NCBI GenBank assembly: GCA_965222375.1
Contig: CBDCTZ010000011.1
Location: 224,001 to 288,000, forward strand
Length of the DNA: 64,000 nucleotides
Direction: 5' to 3'
From: Polyangiaceae bacterium
Lineage (GTDB): Bacteria > Myxococcota_A > Polyangia > Polyangiales > Polyangiaceae
Numbering within the stretch: the first letter of the stretch is position 1; the number at the start of each line of letters is the position of its first letter. The notes under the pieces were generated by a model. The model was not told the origin of the DNA and made no database searches. It saw only the letters and a program-made list of their open reading frames with translations. The position numbers and the translations under genes are program-made. Below are positions 56,189-64,000 of the stretch, one piece after another.

Positions 56189-56662
56189 CTACACGGACGT
56201 GATCGCGATGGCGGCGCCGTAGAGAATGCCGTAGAGAATGAAGATCCCGATGATCATCACGAAGCCAAATACGGTCGCGACGATGCCGCCGATGGCCATG
56301 CCTTTGCCGGTCTTCTGGCCCTGCGAGCCGCTGATGCGCGACAAGGCGATGATGCCGCAAACGATGGCGCCGATGCCGACCGGCCAGCCAAGATAGCAAC
56401 AGAAGTGGAGCGGTATGCTCGCGATGCCTAGCACCAGGGATACGATCGCCACTGGATCCGCGGCCGGGCCGGGTGTGCCCATGCCCGGCGGCATGCCAGC
56501 TCCGTAGCCTGGCGGTGGCCCGTAGCCTGGGGCGGCGTAACCGGGGGGTGGGCCTCCGGCAGGCGGACCTCCAGCGGGTGGCGGACCTCCAGCGGGCGGT
56601 GGACCGAAACCCCCTGGCGGCTGACCGTATCCTCCGCCTCCCGGAGGTTGACCGTAGCTCAT
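56189..56662 (-). CDS. DUF4190 family membrane protein
   Basis: Pro/Gly/Tyr-rich N-terminus; AIVSLVLGI...GIIALSRI...GKGMAIGGIV. Confidence 0.88.
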   Translation of the reverse strand: MSYGQPPGGGGYGQPPGGFGPPPAGGPPPAGGPPAGGPPPGYAAPGYGPPPGYGAGMPPGMGTPGPAADPVAIVSLVLGIASIPLHFCCYLGWPVGIGAIVCGIIALSRISGSQGQKTGKGMAIGGIVATVFGFVMIIGIFILYGILYGAAIAITSV

Positions 56663-56790
56663 GTGCTCTCACTGATAACACGGAGCCGAGCCGTCGCGCG
56701 CTGTTTCGGCCGCGCCTGCAGCGCGCACCCTTCCTGGCAGAGGTGAGCAATTGAAGGCATTCCAAACCCTGCTCAAGGACCCGCGGACCG

Positions 56791-58191
56791 CTACCGTGGT
56801 GCCTTGACGTCAAGCGTCGCCTTCAAAGGGAGTAGCTTCGTGAGGCGGCGAAACGCCGGGACTGCCTCAGTTGGGATGCGCTCTCGGGACTCCCCGTTTC
56901 CGAGGGCGAGGTCGTACAGGGCGTTGTTCCAGCCCCCGGGCGCGAAGAACGTTTCAATGGGTTCGGAGACCCGGTCTCGGTAGTCCCACTGAACCGCTTG
57001 TATCAAGGGCCACCAATTCAGACCGACGAGCGGAAAGCCCTCGCCGCGTAGGCGACGGGCAGCCTGGCCCAAGGCGCCAGCGTAGGCGGCCCGGGCGGCC
57101 GGAGTCAGGCCGGCGCTAGTCTCGCTCAAGTATACGTCGAGCCCAAAATAGTCGTGGGCTCTTCGCAGCCCAGCTTCGACCCGCATAGCTGCCTCGCGCG
57201 CCGCTTGCTCCAAGGGCAGGCTGCCATCGCGAGTGAAGTCTGGTCCGTCTGGGAAATCCACGACGTCGGGGTAATGGTTGTAGCCGAGGATGTCCGGTGG
57301 CTCTGCCTGCGCGTGGAGCCAGTCAATCTCGGTCGCATCAACTCCCAGGTCTTTCAGCCAAGTGCTGAGGCGGTGGTTGGGTGCAACCTTGCCGTAGGCC
57401 AAGCTCGCCGGAAAACTCCCGGCCGCGCCTCGCAAGTCTTCGGCCTGAGGATCGTCAACGGGGAGGCCTGGGACCAATGCATCCGCTAGCAGCCAGTTGA
57501 TGGGATCCGCGGAGATCAAGACGGCTTCGGGAAGTACGCTGCGCAGGCTCCTCGAGCACAGCACCATGGCCCGCGCGATCCGAACGCCAAGTTGCGCAAA
57601 CGCACTCGGGCTCGCTTCATACGGGGGCCACGTGCCTGTCGCACCGCAGAGCGTCGCTGCGACCTGAGGCTCGTTGTACGGCGTGAAGTGCGTGACGAGC
57701 CCGCCAAGCTGCTCAGCCACCGCCTCCGCGTAGCGCGCGAGCGCGTCCGGGAAGAGAGGATCACCGATGCCGCTGTGCATCCATGCAGGCGTGCCGTAGT
57801 GAATCAGGTCGAGAATCGGGGTGATGCCCAAGTGGGCTAGAAACTCGAGACGCTCGCGGAGTGCCCCGAATTCATAGACACGGGGTGCCGACTCGATGCG
57901 CGGCCAGGGCAGGCTATAGCGAATGCAATTCACGCCGAGCTGCTCGGCAAGCAATAGGTCGTCCCGCCAGCGGTCGTCGTGCCCCGTTAGGGCGTATTCG
58001 TCCAGAGCGCGTCGGTTCCCGTCGCTCGTGGGGGTCGACTGCACCATCCATGTGTTTTCGATACCTACGCCCAGATAAAATTCGCGGCGGGGAGGCGTCG
58101 GAATGAGATCTTCGTCTCGTCCACAGCTCTCCAGGCAGAGCGCCGTCGCGGTTGCACCTAGCTGGCCCAGGAACTCGCGTCGTGAATGCAC
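56791..58191 (-). CDS. Glycoside hydrolase (GH1-like TIM barrel) with Tat signal
   Basis: SRREFL twin-arginine motif; RWRDDL, IRYSLPWPRIE, DLIHYGTP, TPYNEP (acid/base), LGYNHY, YLSET (nucleophile). Confidence 0.8.
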   Translation of the reverse strand: MHSRREFLGQLGATATALCLESCGRDEDLIPTPPRREFYLGVGIENTWMVQSTPTSDGNRRALDEYALTGHDDRWRDDLLLAEQLGVNCIRYSLPWPRIESAPRVYEFGALRERLEFLAHLGITPILDLIHYGTPAWMHSGIGDPLFPDALARYAEAVAEQLGGLVTHFTPYNEPQVAATLCGATGTWPPYEASPSAFAQLGVRIARAMVLCSRSLRSVLPEAVLISADPINWLLADALVPGLPVDDPQAEDLRGAAGSFPASLAYGKVAPNHRLSTWLKDLGVDATEIDWLHAQAEPPDILGYNHYPDVVDFPDGPDFTRDGSLPLEQAAREAAMRVEAGLRRAHDYFGLDVYLSETSAGLTPAARAAYAGALGQAARRLRGEGFPLVGLNWWPLIQAVQWDYRDRVSEPIETFFAPGGWNNALYDLALGNGESRERIPTEAVPAFRRLTKLLPLKATLDVKAPR

Positions 58192-58203
58192 CCCGTCCGA
58201 ACC

Positions 58204-58917
58204 TCACTTGGCTTTGGCAGAGCGCCGTGCGGCGTACGTTGAGCCGCTGGGATTCAGAAGCGCAAGTGCGAGCTTGGCAATGTCTGTGCTGATATCGTCC
58301 AGAGGGCGTGGTTGAGATCGGTACAGCTCGGCACTGATCACACCCATTGCGCTATCTGAGACCATTCGCATCACGCTCCTCAAGTCGGCCGAGTCTCGCT
58401 CCGGCAGTAGCTTGGCTACGCGATCTGCCAGCACGTCTGCGAAGCGATCGCGCTCCTCGATGATGGTTTCGACCAACCCCAGGCGCACGATGCCTGAAAT
58501 GACAACCCGCGTTCTCGCCGGGTGTGCCAGGTACGCTTGTACGACGGCGTCTGCCGTGCTCTGCGCCAGGGCTTCCAACGACGACTGGTCGGCGGCATCC
58601 ACTTCAACTACCAGGCTGTCGAAATTCTCCCGTGTGACTCGGCCGATGAGGGCGCCCAGCAGCGCCTCCTTGCTCGAGAAGTATTCGTAGAAAGAGCCGA
58701 TTCCGACGCCCGCGCGCCGAACCAGAGACTCGATCCGCAGATCCGGTAGGCCTTCGCCGCGACGCAGGTGTTCATCCAAGGCTTCGACCACAGCGCTCAC
58801 GACAGCGCGGGAGCGCGACTGTTTGGGCGGCCGCCGGAAGAACCGCTGGAACACGGACGGGCCCGGGGGCTGAGCTTTCGCGGTCTCACGCTTGGTACTG
58901 CTTGCTACGTCCGTCAT
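58204..58917 (-). CDS. TetR/AcrR family regulator
   Basis: PKQSRSR...RRAGVGIGSFYEYFSSKEAL. Confidence 0.9.
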   Translation of the reverse strand: MTDVASSTKRETAKAQPPGPSVFQRFFRRPPKQSRSRAVVSAVVEALDEHLRRGEGLPDLRIESLVRRAGVGIGSFYEYFSSKEALLGALIGRVTRENFDSLVVEVDAADQSSLEALAQSTADAVVQAYLAHPARTRVVISGIVRLGLVETIIEERDRFADVLADRVAKLLPERDSADLRSVMRMVSDSAMGVISAELYRSQPRPLDDISTDIAKLALALLNPSGSTYAARRSAKAK

Positions 58918-59225
58918 CGACCGACTGGCACTCCCCGGAAAACCCAAAACGCTTGGGTACCGTGTTTGCGAAGTCTAGGTGATTTCAACCAGTTGAGCAT
59001 ATCTGGAATCCGAGTGCGGCGATCGGTTCCAGCGTCGGCAGGTCAGGCGGCGCTTTCGCCCGGCGCGGATGGCAACCGAATCCAAAACTCCAAGTCTGAT
59101 GGACTCCGGGACGAACCAGTCGAGGCCTGCCCGGATGCGAGACGCGACATTCATTTCGCGCCATCAGCTTAGGGCAGTATCGCCAATCCGCGCCGCCTGT
59201 CGACGCAGGACTGCACTTTTCGCCG

Positions 59226-60308
59226 CTAGCCCGCGGCGGCAGCTATCGCGGCCTGAGGCGACAACTCACGCCACCAGGTTGCGACGCGATGGCTACGTGC
59301 GGGCTCCACCGCTGCACCCAGCGCCGGTATCAGCAATTGCGCGTCGGTCTCACTGGCGCGGGTGAGGAGGGTTTCGACAGGTTCGTCCCAGGCATGCAGG
59401 GCCAGATTGAAGGTACCCCAATGCACGGGCATCAGACGCCGGCCACCTAGCAGGGATAGTGCGGTCAGCGCGTTCTCTGGACCCAGATGAATCTGGCCCC
59501 AGGCCTCGTGAAAGGCCCCGACTTCCAACATCACCAAGTCGAAGGGCCCCAGCCGCTCTCGGATGTCCGCATACTCTCGAGTGAGACCGGTGTCCCCACT
59601 GAAAAACACGGAGTGCTTCGGGCCGCGAATCGCGAAGCCGGACCAAAGAGTCAGGTTCCGGTCCGAGATGCTACGCCCGGAGAAGTGCTGAGAAGGTGTG
59701 GCTGTGATCTCGAGATCCCGATGAGGCAGTTGGGCGGTTTCCCACCAATCCAACTCCGTAATGCGCTCGGGGTGCACCCCCCAGCTCTCGAGGTGCGCGC
59801 CGACCCCAAGAGACGTGTAGAAGCGAACGTCGGACCGGGCGAGCTGGCAGATAGTGCCGTAATCGAGGTGGTCGTAGTGGTCGTGAGAGATGACCACAGC
59901 GTCCAGCGACGGGAGATCGGTCAGTGCGACGGGAGCGGGTTGAAAGCGTTTCGGTCCAGAGAACGAAAACGGTGACGCGCGCGAGCTCCAAACCGGATCG
60001 GTCAGAATGCGCGCGCCATCGATCTCAACCAACACACTTGAATGGCCCAGCCAGGTCACTCGCATCCCGGTTTCGGCTTCCTGGAGCCAGGTTGAGCGTG
60101 GGTCCCTCAAGGGCAGGGGTTTTCGTGGCGTGCGACGCTGTCCACCCGCGATGAACTCACTGATGGTCGACCAGGTCGTACCCGGGCGTAGCCCTGGAGA
60201 AACCGCCTCGGTGTTGCGAAAGGCCCCTTTGATGTACTGGGCTGACGCGCGCATGCGCTCCAGGCGCAACCCCGACGCGCGGCTTCCGAAAGCAGACCCG
60301 TTCACCAA
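59226..60308 (-). CDS. MBL-fold metallo-hydrolase (NAPE-PLD/RomA-like)
   Basis: TWLGHSS, LTDPVWS, ISHDHYDHLD, PSQHFSGR, FSGDTG, PVHWGTF. Confidence 0.92.
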   Translation of the reverse strand: MVNGSAFGSRASGLRLERMRASAQYIKGAFRNTEAVSPGLRPGTTWSTISEFIAGGQRRTPRKPLPLRDPRSTWLQEAETGMRVTWLGHSSVLVEIDGARILTDPVWSSRASPFSFSGPKRFQPAPVALTDLPSLDAVVISHDHYDHLDYGTICQLARSDVRFYTSLGVGAHLESWGVHPERITELDWWETAQLPHRDLEITATPSQHFSGRSISDRNLTLWSGFAIRGPKHSVFFSGDTGLTREYADIRERLGPFDLVMLEVGAFHEAWGQIHLGPENALTALSLLGGRRLMPVHWGTFNLALHAWDEPVETLLTRASETDAQLLIPALGAAVEPARSHRVATWWRELSPQAAIAAAAG

Positions 60309-60514
60309 CTTCTATTTGGGTCGTTTTAGCTTGGGCGCAAGGGGACGGCAGGGACGTCAGGGATCTGAGCCGCGACTTTGCGCCGAAAAAAACCAGGATC
60401 AGTTCCCGCGAAGCCCACCCGCGCCACCTCCCGCCAGCCGGCCTCGCTTTCGGCGTCGTCTGCGATTGGACAGGGAATGAAGCTCAGCCGCGCTGGGGCG
60501 TGTAGGATGCCGCC

Positions 60515-61705
60515 GTGATCACCAGCCCGCTAGCGATCTTGGCCGTGTTGCTCGGCGTACTGGCCGCGCTCTTCGCAGCCGAAAGGCACGCGACCATCGG
60601 CAAAGTGTTTCGCTACGTCCCACTGCTGGTGTTCGCCTACTTCGTTCCAACCCTGCTCTCCAACACGGGTGTTATTCCTCTCGAATCGAGCCTCTACACC
60701 TTCATCAAGAAGTGGCTGCTGCCAGCCAGCCTCGCGCTGCTGACTCTCAGCGTCGACGTGCCAGCGATTCTCAAGCTCGGCCGCCCGGCTGTCGTTCTAT
60801 TCCTGACTGCAACCGCCAGCATCGTGATTGGTGGCCCCCTGGCCTACTTGGCGCTGGGTCAATTCGCGCCGGAGGCGCTCGGTGAACAAGCTTGGAAAGG
60901 CCTGGCTGCGCTCGCAGGATCCTGGATTGGTGGTGGCGCGAACTTCGTTGCGATCGGAGAGAGCGTCGGGAGCACATCCTCGACCCTGAGCATGATGGTG
61001 GTCGTCGATGTCGCCGTGGCCAACGTCTGGATGGCGGTGCTCCTCTTCTTTGCGGGACGCGAGCGTGCGATTGACGAGCGGCTTGGCGCCGACCGGACCC
61101 AGCTCGAAAACGTCAAGACCCGCATTGCGGATTACCAAGCCAGCGTCTCGACTCCGACTTCGCTGCCCGCCTTGCTCACGATGCTCGCCATAGCGTTTGG
61201 GGCCACCGCGCTGGCGACCTGGGCCTCCACGAAGCTGCCTGCCGTAGGCAGCATTATCAGCGGATTCACATGGGTGGTCATCATCGTCACGGCTGTGGGG
61301 CTCGGGCTGTCGTTCACGCGGCTCCGTGCTCTGGAGGGTGCCGGAGCGAGTCGGGTGGGCAGCGTGTTTCTGTATCTGCTCGTCGCGAGCATTGGTGCCC
61401 ACGCCGAGTTTCGTAAGGTTCTGGACGCGCCGGCCCTGGTCGCTATTGGTGCTCTGTGGATGCTATTTCACGCCACGCTCTTGCTTGCGGTGCAGCGCTG
61501 GATGCGGGCGCCGATATTCTTCGCTGCGGTTGGGTCTCAAGCCAATGTGGGTGGAGCCGCCTCCGCACCTATCGTCGCCGCTTCGTTTCACCCCGCCCTC
61601 GCACCTGTTGGCATCCTGCTGGCGGTCGGTGGCTATGTGCTCGGGACCTACGCTGCACTGCTCTGCGCTGCGTTGCTGGAGCAGGTGCATCTAGTGCTGC
61701 ACTGA
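60515..61705 (+). CDS. DUF819 family membrane protein
   Basis: About 10-11 TM; GSWIGGGANF and SQANVGGAASAPIVA motifs. Confidence 0.88.
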   Translation: MITSPLAILAVLLGVLAALFAAERHATIGKVFRYVPLLVFAYFVPTLLSNTGVIPLESSLYTFIKKWLLPASLALLTLSVDVPAILKLGRPAVVLFLTATASIVIGGPLAYLALGQFAPEALGEQAWKGLAALAGSWIGGGANFVAIGESVGSTSSTLSMMVVVDVAVANVWMAVLLFFAGRERAIDERLGADRTQLENVKTRIADYQASVSTPTSLPALLTMLAIAFGATALATWASTKLPAVGSIISGFTWVVIIVTAVGLGLSFTRLRALEGAGASRVGSVFLYLLVASIGAHAEFRKVLDAPALVAIGALWMLFHATLLLAVQRWMRAPIFFAAVGSQANVGGAASAPIVAASFHPALAPVGILLAVGGYVLGTYAALLCAALLEQVHLVLH

Positions 61706-61722
61706 GTTGCGAGAGACCGCCG

Positions 61723-62853
61723 TCAGCGCCGGCGATGGAACGGCAAGAAAATCGGAAGGACGTCGGTGCCATTGCTAGCAGCTGGCACGGCCAGCGATCG
61801 TCGCTTGGTGATGCCACTCGGGGTGCCGTGAAACACGTCCAAGGTTGCTTTGCCGCCCGCGACGGCGCGCCGCCGAACGACGTCGCCATGGCCGTCGCAA
61901 TCGATGTCACCGGCGGCGTCCAAGCTGCCGCTCTGGCTGATCAGGAAAAACTCCTTGGCATCCGTGGACAGCGCCAAGCCATACTCGGCCTCGGGGAAGG
62001 CGGGAGTTTTTGGTGAATGGAGCAGGAAGTCGACGCCTCCATCGCCATTGACATCCCCGAGCACCTTTGCCCTGGCAGCTCTCCCGTTGCCCAGTGAAAG
62101 CGTCCCTGCGGCGACGGGAACGTCGAGCCCGGTGTCAGTGCCAGCGATGAGGGTGAGCCGGATGCTGCTGGCGTACAGCGTGTTCATCCCGATGGCGTCA
62201 GGTAACCCATCGCCGGTGACGTCACCCACGCTGACGTAGCGGCGACCACCCTCCTCGACCTCTAGGACGGACCCCAGGATATCTCCGGTGTCGGTGACCA
62301 GCTCCAGCGTGACCTCACTGCCCGACCGCTTCCAGCGGAGCATCTCTTCCCGCCCGTCACCGTTCACGTCACCGAAAGTCGTCGAATCGTCGTACCCTGG
62401 CGCCGCGACATCCGCGGAAGGGCATTTCAGTCCAGCAGGGATGGTGACTAGCTCCCCGTTTTCGCTTCTGAGTACGGTCGTTGGATCACAGTTTTCCTCC
62501 GCGGCACCTTGCTGGTTGGCGTAGAAGGCCACGTCCGTCAGTCCGAGGCCCCGGGGATCTCCAAGGGAGTACGCCACCAGGTTGTGCCCCCACCCGCTTT
62601 CCCAACGGAATTCCATGGGTTTGCCGTAGCTCTTGGGGCCGCCCAGATACACGCTCGCGCGCCACGATGGTGCTTCGCCGCCTCCCTTCCACACGGCATC
62701 CTCGGGAACGACCAAGTCTGCGAAGCCGTCGCCATTCAGGTCATGGCTCGACTCGCACACCACGTTTTCGATGGTCTCGGCGGGAGCCTCGCTGCTTACC
62801 TGGCCGCAGGCGAGGGTCGACAGGGCTGCCAGCATGAGTGTCGGCGTCTTCAT
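61723..62853 (-). CDS. FG-GAP/VCBS repeat lipoprotein
   Basis: Lipobox TLA-C; DLNGDGFADLVV, GDVNGDGREE, GDVTGDGLPD, GDVNGDGGVD, GDIDCDGHGDVV. Confidence 0.85.
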   Translation of the reverse strand: MKTPTLMLAALSTLACGQVSSEAPAETIENVVCESSHDLNGDGFADLVVPEDAVWKGGGEAPSWRASVYLGGPKSYGKPMEFRWESGWGHNLVAYSLGDPRGLGLTDVAFYANQQGAAEENCDPTTVLRSENGELVTIPAGLKCPSADVAAPGYDDSTTFGDVNGDGREEMLRWKRSGSEVTLELVTDTGDILGSVLEVEEGGRRYVSVGDVTGDGLPDAIGMNTLYASSIRLTLIAGTDTGLDVPVAAGTLSLGNGRAARAKVLGDVNGDGGVDFLLHSPKTPAFPEAEYGLALSTDAKEFFLISQSGSLDAAGDIDCDGHGDVVRRRAVAGGKATLDVFHGTPSGITKRRSLAVPAASNGTDVLPIFLPFHRRR

Positions 62854-63033
62854 TGTGTGCGGCGCTCCAAGCAATTCACATGCCTGCCGTATCCGGCAAA
62901 AGCCGGATGCTTTTCGGACCTGCGGATGTGCCAGGTGTGCCAGGTCCGTGCCGCCGATCCCCCGGCTGCCCCAGTGCAGCAGGTAGGTTTCACCGAGATT
63001 GCCGTATAAACGCGGCCACTGGAGGAGTGCCGC

Positions 63034-63981
63034 ATGGTCTTGTTCTGCCGCAGTATTGCCAATTCACAGCGCTTTCAGACGTTCGTTACTTGGGTCATCG
63101 TGCTTGCGGGCGTGCTCGTCGGCATGGAGACCTACCCAGGACTGGTAGCGCGGCATGGCGACATCCTGCATGCGCTCGATAAGCTCGTGCTGGGCATCTT
63201 CGTCTTGGAGATCGCCATCAAGATGATAGGCGAGGGCAAGAGGCCGTGGCGCTTCTTCAACGACAGTTGGAACATCTTCGACTTCGTGATCGTCGCGGCG
63301 GCGTTCCTTCCCGTGGGTAGCCAGTACGTGACCGTGCTTCGCCTAGCTCGCTTGCTCCGCGTGTTGCGCCTGGTTCGAGCCCTTCCGCGGCTGCAGGTGC
63401 TCGTCAGCGCGTTGCTCAAGAGCATTCCCAGCATGGGCTACGTTTCCCTGCTCCTGTTCTTGCTGTTCTACGTGTACGGCGTAGCGGGCGTGTTCCTGTT
63501 TGGCGAGAACGACCCAGTCCATTTCAACTCGCTGCAGCTGGCAATGGTCAGCTTGTTTCGCGCGGTGACCCTCGAGGATTGGACTGACCTGATGTACATT
63601 CAAATGTACGGTTGCGAGGCCTACGGGTACGAGGGCAACCCCTTGTGTACCGCTTCCCAAGCCTACCCGGTTGCGGGCGCCGTCTTTTTCATCAGCTTCG
63701 TATTGCTGGGCACGATGATCATCTTGAACTTGTTCATCGGCGTGATCATGAACGGCATGGCGGAAGCTCAAAGAGAGTCCGACGAATTCGCGGAAGCTCA
63801 GAAGTACCTGAGCGGTGAAGAGACCGACACCGAGCTCCACGACGACCTCGAGGAGCTAGAAAAGCAGATGGCACTGCTCCAGACTCAAATGGCGAAGCTC
63901 GGTCGTCGCGCCAAAGCCGAGCACAGCGCGAGGAGCCCTGACCGGACGTTGCGGGACGCCTTGCCCAGCCCGGCGGAGTAG
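63034..63981 (+). CDS. Bacterial voltage-gated ion channel (BacNav-type, 6TM)
   Basis: GGAG RBS; WNIFDFVIV, S4 LRLARLLRVLRLVR, filter TLEDWTD, S6 ILNLFIGVI, C-terminal coiled coil. Confidence 0.95.
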   Translation: MVLFCRSIANSQRFQTFVTWVIVLAGVLVGMETYPGLVARHGDILHALDKLVLGIFVLEIAIKMIGEGKRPWRFFNDSWNIFDFVIVAAAFLPVGSQYVTVLRLARLLRVLRLVRALPRLQVLVSALLKSIPSMGYVSLLLFLLFYVYGVAGVFLFGENDPVHFNSLQLAMVSLFRAVTLEDWTDLMYIQMYGCEAYGYEGNPLCTASQAYPVAGAVFFISFVLLGTMIILNLFIGVIMNGMAEAQRESDEFAEAQKYLSGEETDTELHDDLEELEKQMALLQTQMAKLGRRAKAEHSARSPDRTLRDALPSPAE

Positions 63982-64000
63982 TTTCCGGCGGATGAGTTTG

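Noticed and set aside
59003..59032. Imperfect inverted repeat CTGGAATCCGA/TCGGTTCCAG as terminator or operator
   Set aside because: No U-tract and a bulged stem; function cannot be supported from sequence alone.
1..64000. tRNA, rRNA, IS/transposase or prophage genes
   Set aside because: None recognised by eye; tRNAscan-SE, Infernal and ISEScan would be needed to exclude them formally.

Overview
High-GC bacterial chromosomal window. Gly/Cys-rich lipoproteins, MYXO-CTERM-like tails and a kinase-NTPase-TPR protein point to Myxococcota, probably Polyangiaceae-like (inference). It holds about 50 CDS. The left part (1-24 kb) is an accessory region of secreted/lipoprotein genes: FG-GAP, Cys-rich repeat, trypsin, serpin, M4/M36 protease and lamin-tail proteins. 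The centre is housekeeping (secA, rseP, rsmB, dapA, dapB, lgt, a SMUG1-type UDG, fabH). The right part is mixed: GH73, ArsR/SRPBCC, a PLP Cys/Met enzyme, a Tat GH1-like protein, TetR, an MBL hydrolase, DUF819 and a voltage-gated channel with a TLEDWTD filter. I recognised no tRNA, rRNA, CRISPR array or transposase. The most unusual element is a ~1.35 kb module (5843-7205) around a four-helix-bundle (Avd/IVS-protein-like) gene. It comprises a G-rich hexamer array with exact 90-bp periodicity, a strongly base-paired leader with two mutually exclusive folds (one masks the start codon), two 54-bp direct repeats and a GGGGCC-type G4 tract. A dispersed intergenic motif (GGGTCG-N21/22-CACTACTCYCG) occurs 4-5 times in the window. 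All family calls come from reading motifs by eye; no searches were run.
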